The notes beneath the pieces were generated by a model that saw only the letters and a program-made list of their open reading frames with translations, had not been told where the DNA came from and did not search any database. The position numbers and the translations under genes are program-made. Positions 39,738 through 49,849 of a stretch of 64,000 bases of DNA are shown piece after piece (positions within the stretch are counted from its first letter, which is position 1; each line of letters begins with the position of its first letter). The stretch is from an uncultured delta proteobacterium (lineage in GTDB: Bacteria > Myxococcota > Kuafuiibacteriia > Kuafuiibacteriales > Kuafuiibacteriaceae): NCBI GenBank assembly GCA_963803435.1, contig CAWDML010000009.1:640001-704000 (forward strand). The letters run 5' to 3'.

Positions 39738-40874
39738 GTGACCAGCACGGTCCTCGCGATCCTCGATGAACGCGAGGAGCAAGGCATCCAGACTTGCACC
39801 ACCTGCCCGCGCCTGTGTCGCTGGGCCTGTCCCGTCGCCGAGACCGAGGCCCGCGAATCGGTGTCGCCGCACAGCCTGGTCGTCCTCTCGGGGCTCTTGA
39901 AGCAGGAGAAGGTGACGGCCTCGGTGGTCGGTGGCTTTCCGTATCACTGCTCCGCCTGCGGTGCGTGCACCGAGGCCTGCCTCCACAAGAACGACGTCCC
40001 GCTCTGGCTGGCGATGGAGCGCAGCCGGGTCCTCTCCGCGGGTGCGGCGCCCAAGCAGGTCCGCGAGCTGTGCGGCCACTTCGGCGTCGCCGGCAACCCG
40101 CAGGGCGTCTCGCTGGAGGACCCGCTCAACGAGATCGTAGTGGCGTCGCGCGCGACGATGACCCGCGAGGGGACTACCGTCTATCTCCCGGGCTGCAAGA
40201 CGATCGAAGCCATGCCCGACGCCGCGATCGCGTTCCTGCGCGGCGCCACGCTCCTCGGCATCAGCGACATCTGTCTCACGCCGGCGTCGGCCGGTTGCTG
40301 CGGGCTCCCGCTGTTCTGGGCGGGCGAGCTCGAGGGCTTCCGCGCCCACGCCATCCGCTACGCGGCCCAGTTCGCCCGCACGAACACGCTGGTGGTCCAC
40401 GATCCCGCCTGCGCCCACGCGCTGCAGGCTCGCTATCCCGAGGTGGGCGCCGAGCTGCACCCGCGCGTCGTGCACCCGGCGCGCTTCCTCGCCGACAACC
40501 TCGACCTCGAGAAGCCCGAGCACGCGAAGCGCTACGACGGGCCGACCATCGCGTACGCCGACACCTGCTCGCTCGCGCGCGGGCTGGGGCTGGTCGACGA
40601 GCCGCGCCGTCTGATCCGCCGCATCACCGGGCAGAAGCCGATCGAGCTCGAGGGCCTGGGCCGGCGCGAGGTCGACTGCTGCGGTGCGGCCGGTCTCCTC
40701 CCGGATGCGGCCCGCGCGACCGCGGAGGCGATGGCGGCGCAGAAGATCGAAGCCTTCCGGGAGAGCGGGGCGAACGAGCTGGCGGTCTTCAGCCCCCGCT
40801 GCGCCGCGCATCTGAGGTCGGTCGATCCGACGCTGCTGGTCGTGGACGCCGCCCACCTGATCGCGAGACTGTGA
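39738..40874 (+). CDS. (Fe-S)-binding oxidoreductase with CCG domains (GlpC/GlcF-like)
   Basis: CTTCPRLCRWACP, CSACGACTEAC, two CCG motifs. Confidence 0.85.
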   Translation: MTSTVLAILDEREEQGIQTCTTCPRLCRWACPVAETEARESVSPHSLVVLSGLLKQEKVTASVVGGFPYHCSACGACTEACLHKNDVPLWLAMERSRVLSAGAAPKQVRELCGHFGVAGNPQGVSLEDPLNEIVVASRATMTREGTTVYLPGCKTIEAMPDAAIAFLRGATLLGISDICLTPASAGCCGLPLFWAGELEGFRAHAIRYAAQFARTNTLVVHDPACAHALQARYPEVGAELHPRVVHPARFLADNLDLEKPEHAKRYDGPTIAYADTCSLARGLGLVDEPRRLIRRITGQKPIELEGLGRREVDCCGAAGLLPDAARATAEAMAAQKIEAFRESGANELAVFSPRCAAHLRSVDPTLLVVDAAHLIARL

Positions 40875-40882
40875 GCCGAGCC

Positions 40883-41833
40883 ATGAGCGAGCACGCGATG
40901 GTCATCGTGAACCCGGCCAGCGCCAACGGCGCCACCGGCCGCAACTGGCCCGAGATCCGGGCCGCCCTCGACAAGGTCCTCGACCGCTGGGACAACGAGT
41001 TCACCACCGAGCCCGGCGACGCCACCCGGATCGCGCGCGAGGCGGTCCGCGGGGGGTACGAGATGATCGTGTCGATCGGGGGCGACGGCACCATGACCGA
41101 GATCGTCGACGGCCTCTTCGAGCCGGCCGACGAGGGCATCAGCGATCGCATGATCAAGAAGGACGTCCTGCTCGCCTCGGTGCGGGCGGGCACCGGCGGC
41201 GACTTCGCCCGCTACCTGGGGCTCGGGCATCGGCTCCCCGAGTCCGTGCGGCACCTGACCGGACCTCAGACGCGAACGGCCGACCTGGGCCTGGTGGAGT
41301 TCGTCGACCTCGAGGGCCGCCGCCGCCGCGCCGCCTTCCTGAACATCGCCAGCTTCGGCCTCTCCGGTGTCGTCGACGAGAAGGTCAACAGCAGCACCAA
41401 GGCGCTCGGCGGTACCGCGTCCTTCTTCCTCGGGTTGTCGCGGGCGCTGGTCAGCTACAAGCCGGAGGCGGTCCGCATCAAGGTCGACGGCGCGCTGTTC
41501 TTCGAGGGTCCGATGGTCACCTGCGCGGTCGCCAACGGGCAGTACTTCGGTGGCGGGATGCGCTTCGCGATGGGCGCCGAGATCGACGACGGCCTCTTCG
41601 ACGTCGTCGTTCAGACGAAGAGCGGCCTCAAGGAGATCCTGTCGGTCGGCGACCTCTACAGCGGCCGAATGTCGGAGTGGGCGAGCGTACGTAGGACCCG
41701 CGGCAAGCTCGTGGAAGCGGAGCCTGCCGACGATTCGGTCAAAGGGTTGCTCGACGTCGACGGCGAGCAGCCGGGAAGGCTGCCGGCGACCTTCTCGATC
41801 CTGCCGGGCGTGGTCAGGATCAAAATCCCATAA
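40883..41833 (+). CDS. Diacylglycerol/lipid kinase family protein (YegS/DAGK)
   Basis: NPASANG, GGDGT, GTGGDFAR, NGQYFGGGM, DDGLFD, DVDGE. Confidence 0.92.
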   Translation: MSEHAMVIVNPASANGATGRNWPEIRAALDKVLDRWDNEFTTEPGDATRIAREAVRGGYEMIVSIGGDGTMTEIVDGLFEPADEGISDRMIKKDVLLASVRAGTGGDFARYLGLGHRLPESVRHLTGPQTRTADLGLVEFVDLEGRRRRAAFLNIASFGLSGVVDEKVNSSTKALGGTASFFLGLSRALVSYKPEAVRIKVDGALFFEGPMVTCAVANGQYFGGGMRFAMGAEIDDGLFDVVVQTKSGLKEILSVGDLYSGRMSEWASVRRTRGKLVEAEPADDSVKGLLDVDGEQPGRLPATFSILPGVVRIKIP

Positions 41834-41899
41834 ACGCGAAGATCTACGCACGTTTCCGTCGATCTCCGTCCATTGACCGAGATCCGGCCGACCCCTAGG

Positions 41900-44800
41900 A
41901 TGGTCCGGCCTGTGAGTGAATCGTCTCAGGCGCCCACGGCGCTCGAAGCCGAAGTTCGAGCGCACGTCCAGCAAGCTCTCCAGCGCGTCGGTCTCGGACG
42001 AGACGAGATTCCGATCCAGGTCGTCGAGCGGCTCGAGCAACGGGCGCGGGTCCCCGATCAACGCCTGGTGGTCGGGCGCTACCTGCTGATCGGTGAGCTC
42101 GGGCGCGGCGGTATGGGCGTGGTGTACGAGGCCTGGGATCCGGGCATCGAGCGCCGGGTCGCCATCAAGACGATCGAGCCCGAGCTGGTCCCCGAGGAGG
42201 AGCGCGAGGAGGTGATCGAGCGCTTCCGGCGCGAGACCAAGGTCGTCGGCCGGCTCCATCACCCATCGATCGTCACCATCTTCGACTCTGGGAACGAGCG
42301 GACCTTCGATCAGGGCATCGGCGAGAGGGTGCCGGTCCTCTACTACTACGTGATGGAGTACCTCGAGGGGCAGTCGCTGGCCCGCTTGCTGCGCGAGCGC
42401 CACCTTCTGCCCGAGGCCGAGGCCGTCCGGATCGCCCGCGACATCGCCGAGGCGCTCCATCTGTCGCACCAGGCCGGGATCATCCATCGCGACATCAAGC
42501 CGTCGAACATCTTCCTTCGCGACAACCTGCAAGCCGTCCTGCTCGACTTCGGCATCGCCAAGACGGGGAGCGTCAACCTGACGCGACAGGGCCAGATCCT
42601 CGGTACGCCCAGCTACCTGGCGCCCGAGCGGCTCCGGGAGAAGGAGGTCGCGATCGACGGCCGCGCCGACATCTTCTCGCTGGGCGTCCTCTTGTTCACG
42701 ATGCTCACCGGTGAGGCGCCCTTCGTCGGCGAGGACGTCTACGAGGTCATCGACAAGATCGCGAAGGAGAGCCACCCGCAGCTCGAGCGCGGTACCCCGG
42801 CCGGGACGCTGCTCTCGGAGCTCATCGATCGCATGCTGGCGAAGGATCCGCGGGATCGCTACGACACGGCGGGCGATGCGGCCCGCGCGCTGGATCAGGT
42901 GCTGTACCTGCTCTCCGGAGAGCGGCCGACCTCCATCGTCTCGGCCGACTACGCGCTCCCCGAGATCGAAGCGGGCGAGATCGTCAGCATCGACGAGGCC
43001 ACCCCGGCGGACGACGAGGACGACACCGGCCGGCTCGACCAGCCGCCCAGCGAGGAGACCACCTCCCCGAAGGCGCCGATCTCCGGCCCGTTGCCCGTCG
43101 CCGCGGCGGACGACCGCGTGCATCCCCAACCGGACCTCGGGGACGAGGACGAGGGCGTCCAGAAGAAGACGACCATCTCGCCGCGGCCCGAGGAGGCGCC
43201 CGCCGGGTTCGGCCAGGACGAGAACACCGCCGAGGAGCTCCCGGCGCAGATGGCGGTGAAGAAGCCCGCCGACCAGGGCCCGACCGACATCCTGCCGAAG
43301 GCCGTCGAGAGCGTGCGCGTGGCCGACGTCCTGGGTACCCGCCCCGAGCTCGCGCTCCAGCGGGAGACGCGGGAGATGAAGTCCTCCGACCGCTCGGCCG
43401 GTCCGTCGCCGCTTCCAAAGCTCGCCGCCGCTCGCGCGATGCCGCGCGTCGAGCCCGACCGCACGACGCCGGCCATCCCGGCGTACCGCACCACGGTGGA
43501 CGGGCGGCCGTACCGCGACCACGCACCCGACAACGACGAGACCACCGACGACGAGACGATCGCAGATCCGTCGAGCAGCCTCTTGAAGGCGTTCGGCGAC
43601 GAGCGTGCGACCGAGCAGCTGGTGCGGGCCGAGCGCCCCGTCGAGGCGCCGGACCACCGGAGGCCGGCGCCGCCGCGCGGGCGCCGTTCGCGGATCGAGG
43701 CCTCCCTGGTCGACGAAGACGACGTGGTGGTGAAGCCGGCGCCGCTGGACGCGCTCAAGCCTGACGAGATGCCCACACAGGCAGGCTTTCAGCGGGGCCC
43801 CGATTCTCCAGCCGCCGAGCTGGTACCGCCGATGTCCGCCACCAGCAGCCCGGAGGTGGTCCGCGCCCGCGGTGACAGCCGCGTGCTGGATCCCGCCGAG
43901 GCCGGCGGCGAGCGCACGCAGGGCGGGGCGCTGATCTCGGAGAGAGAGGATGAGGACAAGAAGAGCGCGGCGGTGGCGCGACGCACCATCGGGGCCGCGC
44001 GCGGGCGTCCCCCGTCCTCGGCCGCGGCGGCCGCCAACATCCAGGTCCGGGTCACCGGGCGGGCGTTCGGCTCGTCGCCGCAGGACGATCGCATGCGGAT
44101 GTTGCGCCGACGGGGCGTGATGCTCCTGGCCGGCGCCTTGGCCTCGGTCGGCATCGGATTGATGCTGGGCCGGATGCAGCGGAGCAGCGCCGGCGGCGAT
44201 CCCAGCACCGGTACCGGAGCGCCCTCGCCCAAGGTCGAGCCGAGGGCCTCGGTGCGCAAGATCCCGGGGACCGATCAGATCGAGCTGGCCCGCCCGCGTC
44301 CGCCGGCGGAGCTGATCGCGGACGCCGAAGCCGCCGAGACCTCCGGCCAGCTCGATGACGCCGCCCGCCTGTTCCAGAAGGCGATCGACTCCACCCAGGA
44401 AGGCGCGCCCCTTCGCGCCCGCGCGCGGCTCGGGCTGGGCGACGTCATGCGTGCGAAGGGCGACACCAAGAGCGCGATCGTCCAGTACCGCGCGCTGATC
44501 AAGATCTACGGCAGCTCCGAGGAGGCCCAGCAGGCCAAGGTCGCGCTCTCGGAGCTCGGCGTCGCGGCCGAGCCGCCCCGACGCTCCCGCCTGGTGGCGC
44601 CGCCGCCTCCCGAGCCGCGAGCTCCACCGAAGAACGAACCCGCGAAGCGCGAGGTCATCTTCAAGCCCGACGACGCGATGACGCCCGACGAGCAGTGTAC
44701 CGTGCTGCTCCGTCGCTATCTGCAGTCGCCCGCCGAGGCCGTCGATGCGTTCGAGGAGCTCCGGCGCAAGCACCCGGCCGCGCCCTGCGTGTTCTGGAAC

Positions 44801-44947
44801 CTGGGACGGAAGTACGAGCAGCTCGGGCGCAACCGGCAAGCCCTGGCGGCCTACAAGCGGTACATCGAGCTCGATCCGAAGGCCTCGCAGCGCGAGACGA
44901 TCGAGAAGAAGAAGATCCCCAACCTCGAAGCCAAGCTCCGGCAGTAG
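41900..44947 (+). CDS. Membrane Ser/Thr kinase with extracytoplasmic TPRs
   Basis: GRGGMG, VAIK, HRDIKPSN, DFG, GTPSYLAPE. Long acidic/Pro linker, one TM, TPR-like C-terminus. Confidence 0.9.
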   Translation: MVRPVSESSQAPTALEAEVRAHVQQALQRVGLGRDEIPIQVVERLEQRARVPDQRLVVGRYLLIGELGRGGMGVVYEAWDPGIERRVAIKTIEPELVPEEEREEVIERFRRETKVVGRLHHPSIVTIFDSGNERTFDQGIGERVPVLYYYVMEYLEGQSLARLLRERHLLPEAEAVRIARDIAEALHLSHQAGIIHRDIKPSNIFLRDNLQAVLLDFGIAKTGSVNLTRQGQILGTPSYLAPERLREKEVAIDGRADIFSLGVLLFTMLTGEAPFVGEDVYEVIDKIAKESHPQLERGTPAGTLLSELIDRMLAKDPRDRYDTAGDAARALDQVLYLLSGERPTSIVSADYALPEIEAGEIVSIDEATPADDEDDTGRLDQPPSEETTSPKAPISGPLPVAAADDRVHPQPDLGDEDEGVQKKTTISPRPEEAPAGFGQDENTAEELPAQMAVKKPADQGPTDILPKAVESVRVADVLGTRPELALQRETREMKSSDRSAGPSPLPKLAAARAMPRVEPDRTTPAIPAYRTTVDGRPYRDHAPDNDETTDDETIADPSSSLLKAFGDERATEQLVRAERPVEAPDHRRPAPPRGRRSRIEASLVDEDDVVVKPAPLDALKPDEMPTQAGFQRGPDSPAAELVPPMSATSSPEVVRARGDSRVLDPAEAGGERTQGGALISEREDEDKKSAAVARRTIGAARGRPPSSAAAAANIQVRVTGRAFGSSPQDDRMRMLRRRGVMLLAGALASVGIGLMLGRMQRSSAGGDPSTGTGAPSPKVEPRASVRKIPGTDQIELARPRPPAELIADAEAAETSGQLDDAARLFQKAIDSTQEGAPLRARARLGLGDVMRAKGDTKSAIVQYRALIKIYGSSEEAQQAKVALSELGVAAEPPRRSRLVAPPPPEPRAPPKNEPAKREVIFKPDDAMTPDEQCTVLLRRYLQSPAEAVDAFEELRRKHPAAPCVFWNLGRKYEQLGRNRQALAAYKRYIELDPKASQRETIEKKKIPNLEAKLRQ

Positions 44948-44950
44948 CTC

Positions 44951-46183
44951 ATGCGACCCCTGGTGGTTCAGAAGTTCGGCGGCACCTCTGTCGCGACGAT
45001 CGAGCGCATGCACGGCGTCGCCGACATCGTCGCCGCCGAGTTCAACGCTGGAAACAACCTGGTGGTGGTCGTGAGCGCCATGTCGGGCGAGACCGATCGC
45101 CTGCTCCGGCTCGCCCACGACGCGGTCCCGGAGCCCAGCCCGCGCGAGCTCGATTGCCTGCTGGCGACCGGCGAGCAGGTCTCGGTGGCGCTCCTCTCGA
45201 TGATCCTGGAGGGGCGCGGCGTCCCGGCCCAGTCGATCCTCGGCTTCCAGATGGGGCTGCTCACCGATGGGTCCCACACCAAGGCCCGTATCCGGGAGCT
45301 CGATCGGCAGCGCTTCTCCGCTGCGCTCGACGGCGAGGCGGTGCTGGTGGCCGCCGGTTTTCAGGGCGTCGGCCCCGAGGGGCAGGTGACGACGCTTGGT
45401 CGCGGCGGCTCCGACACCACCGCCGTGGCGATCGCCGCCGGCCTGGGCGCCGACTACTGCGACATCTACACCGACGTGGACGGCGTCTACACCGCCGATC
45501 CGAACGTGGTGCGCGACGCCCGCCGGCTGGAGCGAATCTCATATGAGGAGATGCTCGAGCTGGCCTCTACCGGCGCAAAGGTTTTGCAGATCCGCAGCGT
45601 CGAGATGGGGATGAAGTATGGGGTACGGCTGCGCGTACGGTCCACGTTCACCCGCGGGCCCGGAACGCTGGTCACCCAGGAGGACGAGTCGATGGAGGGG
45701 ATAGTCGTCGCCGGCGTCGCGTGCGACCGCAACGAGGCGAAGATCGCGCTGCGCTCCGTACCGGATCAGCCGGGGATCGCCGCTCGGATCTTCACCCCGC
45801 TCTCGGACGCCAACATCGTCGTCGACATGATCATCCAGAACACGTCGCTCGATGGCACCACCGACCTGACGTTCACCGTGCCGAAGACCGACCTCAAGCA
45901 GGCGGTCCGGCTGATGGAGGCGCTCGCCGCCCAGGTGGGCGTCCGCAAGATCGAGAGCGACAGCGCGGTCGCGAAGGTCTCCATCGTCGGCGTGGGGATG
46001 CGCTCGCACGCCGGCGTCGCCTCCCGCATGTTCCGCGTCCTCGCCAAGGAGGGCGTCAACATCCAGATGATCTCCACCTCGGAGATCAAGATCAGCGCCG
46101 TCATCGACGAGAAGTACGCCGAGCTCGCCGTCCGCGCCCTCCACGACGCCTTCGAGCTGAGCAAGCCTCCGGGCGGAGAATGA
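44951..46183 (+). CDS. lysC: Aspartate kinase
   Basis: VQKFGGTSV, TLGRGGSDTTA, DVDGVYTADP, two ACT domains, ISTSEIKIS. Confidence 0.96.
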   Translation: MRPLVVQKFGGTSVATIERMHGVADIVAAEFNAGNNLVVVVSAMSGETDRLLRLAHDAVPEPSPRELDCLLATGEQVSVALLSMILEGRGVPAQSILGFQMGLLTDGSHTKARIRELDRQRFSAALDGEAVLVAAGFQGVGPEGQVTTLGRGGSDTTAVAIAAGLGADYCDIYTDVDGVYTADPNVVRDARRLERISYEEMLELASTGAKVLQIRSVEMGMKYGVRLRVRSTFTRGPGTLVTQEDESMEGIVVAGVACDRNEAKIALRSVPDQPGIAARIFTPLSDANIVVDMIIQNTSLDGTTDLTFTVPKTDLKQAVRLMEALAAQVGVRKIESDSAVAKVSIVGVGMRSHAGVASRMFRVLAKEGVNIQMISTSEIKISAVIDEKYAELAVRALHDAFELSKPPGGE

Positions 46184-46569
46184 CGAGGGCTGGCGCGCTG
46201 CTCCTGCTGGCCGGGCTGGCCGCGCTGCCCTCCATCCAGCGGATCCTGGCGCCGCCGCCCCGACCGCTCTTGCTTCGTCCCGGCCCCGAGACGCCCGAGG
46301 CCGACCGCCTCCTCTACGGCGAGAAGATGGATCTCAACCAGGTTGATCCGGCCTCCCTCCGGATCGTCCCCGGGATCGGCCCTGCGCTGGCCCGGCGGAT
46401 CGTCGACGATCGGACGCGCCGTGGGCCGTTCCGCACCCTCGGCGACGTGGAGCGCGTCCGCGGCGTAGGCCCGGCCAAGCGGCGCGCGCTCGCGGACTAC
46501 TGCGCCGTCCCGCTCACGCCTCGTCCAGCACCCACCTCTCGAACACGCCCTCCGACAGCTCGGCGATGA
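46180..46569 (+). CDS. ComEA-like helix-hairpin-helix DNA-binding protein
   Basis: MDLN..., VPGIGPALARRI...GPF....DVERVRGVG; hydrophobic N-terminus. Confidence 0.8.
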   Translation: MTRAGALLLLAGLAALPSIQRILAPPPRPLLLRPGPETPEADRLLYGEKMDLNQVDPASLRIVPGIGPALARRIVDDRTRRGPFRTLGDVERVRGVGPAKRRALADYCAVPLTPRPAPTSRTRPPTARR

Positions 46570-48515
46570 ACCGACTCGGGCGCGTCAGCACCCGATTCTG
46601 ATCCCTCACTATACGGACCGACGGATACGCGAGGTACAGCTGCTCCTGGGCGCGGGTCACGGCCACATAGAAGAGCCGGCGCTCCTCGGCCTCGCCGCCC
46701 GGCTCCTCGAGCGCGGTCTGGTGGGGGAAGGCGCCGTCGGTCAGCCCGGCGACGAACACCGCCCGCCACTCGAGGCCCTTCGCCTGATGCACGGTCGAGA
46801 GCGTCAACCACTCCCGCTCTCCCGATCGCGGGCCGCCCGCCATCTCCTCCCCGGCGATTCTCGCTGACCAGCGCGAGCTCGGCGAGGAACGCCCCCAGGT
46901 CCTTGGACTGGGCCGCGATGTCGGCCAGCTGCGCCAGCTCCTCGGCCCGGCGCTGCGCGTTCGCGTGCGTCTGTTCGAGGTGGGCCATCAGCGCGCCCGC
47001 CAGCAGGGTCCGGATCATCGCGCCCGGCTGCGCGTGCATCTCCTCGGTCGACGCGCGCGCGAGCAGGTCGACCAGCCCTCGGATCGACTCGCGCGCCCGG
47101 CCCGGGAGCCCGAGCAGCAGCTCGTGGCGGAGCAGCGCCTCGAGGTGGTCCTTCTCCTCCAAGAGCGCCTGCGCCACCGCTGCCCAGATCCTCCCGCTGG
47201 AGCGCGCGCCCACGCCCGGAAGGATCGCGAGGATCCGTCTCCACGACAGCTCGTCCCTGGGGTTCCAGATGATCCGGAGGAACGCCACCAGATCCCGCAC
47301 GTGGGCCTGCTCGAAGAAGCGCCGCCCGCTGCGCACCACGTACGGAACGCCGCGTCTCGTGAGCTCGAGCTGGAGCTCGACCGACTGTCCGTGCGATCGG
47401 TACAGGATCGCCTGCTCGCCCAGCGCCACGCCCTCGTCGCGAAGCTCGAGGGCCCGCTGGGCCACGAACGCCGCCTGCTGGAGCACGTCGCGGGACGGCG
47501 TCACCACCGGCATCATCATCCCCGCGTGGGGCGAGCGCAGCACCTTGGGAAACTGCAGCGTGTTCTTCGCGATCACCTCGTTCGCGATCGCCAGGATCTT
47601 TTGAGTGGAACGGTAGTTCTCGGTGAGGCTGTGGACCTCGGTGGGCGCCCGGGCCGGGAACTCGAGGATGTTGTCGAAGCGCGCCCCGCGGAACCCGAAG
47701 ATCGACTGCGCGTCGTCGCCCACCACGCACAGACGCTCGGAGCGCTCCGCCAAGAGCTCGGCGATCTCCGCCTGCAGCCGGTTCGTGTCCTGGAACTCGT
47801 CGACCAGCACGTGGTGGACGCCATCCTTGATCCCATCGGCGACCGCGCCCCCGTTCATCAGCAGCAATCGCCAGAAGACCAGGAGATCGTCGAAGTCCAT
47901 CGCGCCCATCGCCGCCTTGCGCCGGGTGTAGAGGGAGAGGACCTGCTCGATCTGCGCCAGGAGAGGGAGGAGCGACAGATTCCTCGTCAGCACGTCGGTC
48001 AGCGTCCGATCGGTGTTGATCGCCAGCGACGCCAGGTCGACCAGCGTCTCCGCGGAGGGAAAGCGGTGCGCGCCCGGATCGAGCTGGGTGTCCGCGATGG
48101 CGATGCCCATCAGCTCCTTCTGCTCCTCGCGCCCGAGGATCGCGAGCCGCGCGTCGAAGCCGAACAGCGATCCGTGTCGCAAGAGCGCACGATACGCGAG
48201 CGCGTGAAACGTCCCCGCGCGGACCTTCCGGGCCGTCGGACCCAGCAGGTCCTCGATGCGCTCCTTCATCTCCCGCGCTGCGCGGTTGGTGAACGTCGCC
48301 AGCACGATCCCCTGCGGCGGCGCGCCCTTCTCGATGAGCCGCGCCACCCGGTAGGTCAGGGTCCTCGTCTTACCGGTGCCCGCGCCTGCCAAGATGAGGA
48401 TTCGCTTGGCGTCGCTCTCGACCGCTGCCCGCTGGGTGGCGTTGAGCGTGTTGTCCAGATCGAGCGCCGAGGGCGCGTCCGTCGTTCGGTGGAGGATCTG
48501 GTAGCGACGTTCCAC
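46514..48515 (-). CDS. UvrD/PcrA-family helicase; frameshift near 46858
   Basis: AGAGTGKT, TFTNRAA, DEFQD, VGDDAQSIFGFRGA, ENYRS. C-terminal STVHQAKGLEW and EERRLFYVAVTRA lie in another frame. Confidence 0.9.
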
Positions 48516-48526
48516 CGCCGCCCGGA

Positions 48527-49399
48527 CTACAGGAACGTGTAGCCGATGTCGAACAGCACACCCTGATCCCGGGTGAGGCCCTCGTAGCCGTCGGGGACGA
48601 ACGTGAGCACGGCCGCCAGCCCGAGCGAGAATCCGGGGTCGATGGGGAAGAAGCGAAACCCGGGAGCGAGCCGCACCACGGTGTCGCCGGTGCTCGGAGG
48701 CTTGGACTCGACGTGCTCCGAGATCGCCGTGGTGCCGTCCGCCTCCACCACCACGCCGAACACGTCGCCGAACAGATACGAGACGACGGCGTCCCAGCCG
48801 ACCATGCCCGCGCTCCGCGGACCCTTGCGCCGGTCGTGCGTTCCGCTGAACCCGGAGACCTCGAGCATCAGGCCGAAGCCGTCGCGGGCGTAGTGATAGC
48901 CGAAGGCGAGCTCGACCAGGCTGCCTTCGAGGCCGCGGTCGGTGGGGACATGGAAGACCACCATCGGCGCGAATCGGTGAGGTCCGGCGGAGAAGGGCGC
49001 CTTCAGCACCAGCTCGACCGGCCCGGCGTTCTCGCCCTCGGCGGCGCCGAAGGGGACGCGCGCGTCGAGCACCCACAGGTTGACGTCGACCCGACCGCGC
49101 AGCGCGACGCGGCCGTCCTTGCCGTGGGGCTCGCCCACGTTGGAGATCTTCTCCTGCACGAAGCGCATCGAGAGCTGCGCCGACAGCTCGGGGAAGACTT
49201 CACGACCGAGGAACGGATCGAGGTAGGCCTGGCCTTCGTCTCGGTGCGTGGTGGTGATCACCGGGAGATCGATCCCGGCAGGCTCGTCGCTCGGGACCTC
49301 CACCTTGCGGTCGCTGCTCCTGGGCACGACCTCGAAGTGGGTCTCGTCCAGCCCCCCGTCGCCCGGGGCCGCAAGAAGCGCGAGCAGGAGCAGGCTCAT
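48527..49399 (-). CDS. Exported, probably outer-membrane beta-barrel protein
   Basis: Signal peptide, alternating beta-strand pattern, C-terminal DIGYTFL. Confidence 0.6.
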   Translation of the reverse strand: MSLLLLALLAAPGDGGLDETHFEVVPRSSDRKVEVPSDEPAGIDLPVITTTHRDEGQAYLDPFLGREVFPELSAQLSMRFVQEKISNVGEPHGKDGRVALRGRVDVNLWVLDARVPFGAAEGENAGPVELVLKAPFSAGPHRFAPMVVFHVPTDRGLEGSLVELAFGYHYARDGFGLMLEVSGFSGTHDRRKGPRSAGMVGWDAVVSYLFGDVFGVVVEADGTTAISEHVESKPPSTGDTVVRLAPGFRFFPIDPGFSLGLAAVLTFVPDGYEGLTRDQGVLFDIGYTFL

Positions 49400-49425
49400 C
49401 TCGATACCCTCCCGGAGGAAAGGTA

Positions 49426-49647
49426 TCAGGTGTCCATCTTCTTGGTGGAGCCCTTCACCGTCTCGACCACGGTCTTGTAGATCACCCGGAAGGCCTCACT
49501 GATCTTGGCCGGGTTCTTCTCATTGGTGACAGCCACCATCGAGGCCGTGATCTGGGCCGAGGCCGCGATGGCGGCCTTCGTAATCTCCAGCTGCGACTGG
49601 GACATGCCCACGTGTTCTTGCGGCTTCTGTCCCGGTGGTTTGATCAT
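49426..49647 (-). CDS. Small hypothetical protein
   Basis: ATG ORF downstream of the tRNA with helical composition. Confidence 0.5.
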   Translation of the reverse strand: MIKPPGQKPQEHVGMSQSQLEITKAAIAASAQITASMVAVTNEKNPAKISEAFRVIYKTVVETVKGSTKKMDT

Positions 49648-49678
49648 GGCAGGCGCGAGCCTTGATGTGCTCACGGAG

Positions 49679-49751
49679 TGGAGAAGATGGGACTTGAACC
49701 CACGACCTCTGCATTGCGAACGCAGCGCTCTCCCAACTGAGCTACTCCCCC
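49679..49751 (-). tRNA. tRNA-Ala(CGC), CCA not encoded
   Basis: GGGGGAG-TA-GCTC-AGTTGGGA-GAGC-G-CTGCG-TTCGCAA-TGCAG-AGGTC-GTGGG-TTCAAGT-CCCAT-CTTCTCC-A; G3:U70 Ala identity pair. Confidence 0.96.
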
Positions 49752-49849
49752 GTTTCGGTCCGTTCTCCTAGTCCGATTGCTGGACCAACCGCAAGGAAAA
49801 TCAACCCGTTTTGACGCGACTTTGGACCTCTGGTAGTCCAGTCGAGACC

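Noticed and set aside
44940-44951. Lysine riboswitch before lysC
   Set aside because: Only 3 nt separate lysC from the upstream gene.
49679-49751. tRNA-Ala as an island integration site
   Set aside because: No integrase and no duplicated tRNA 3' end were seen.
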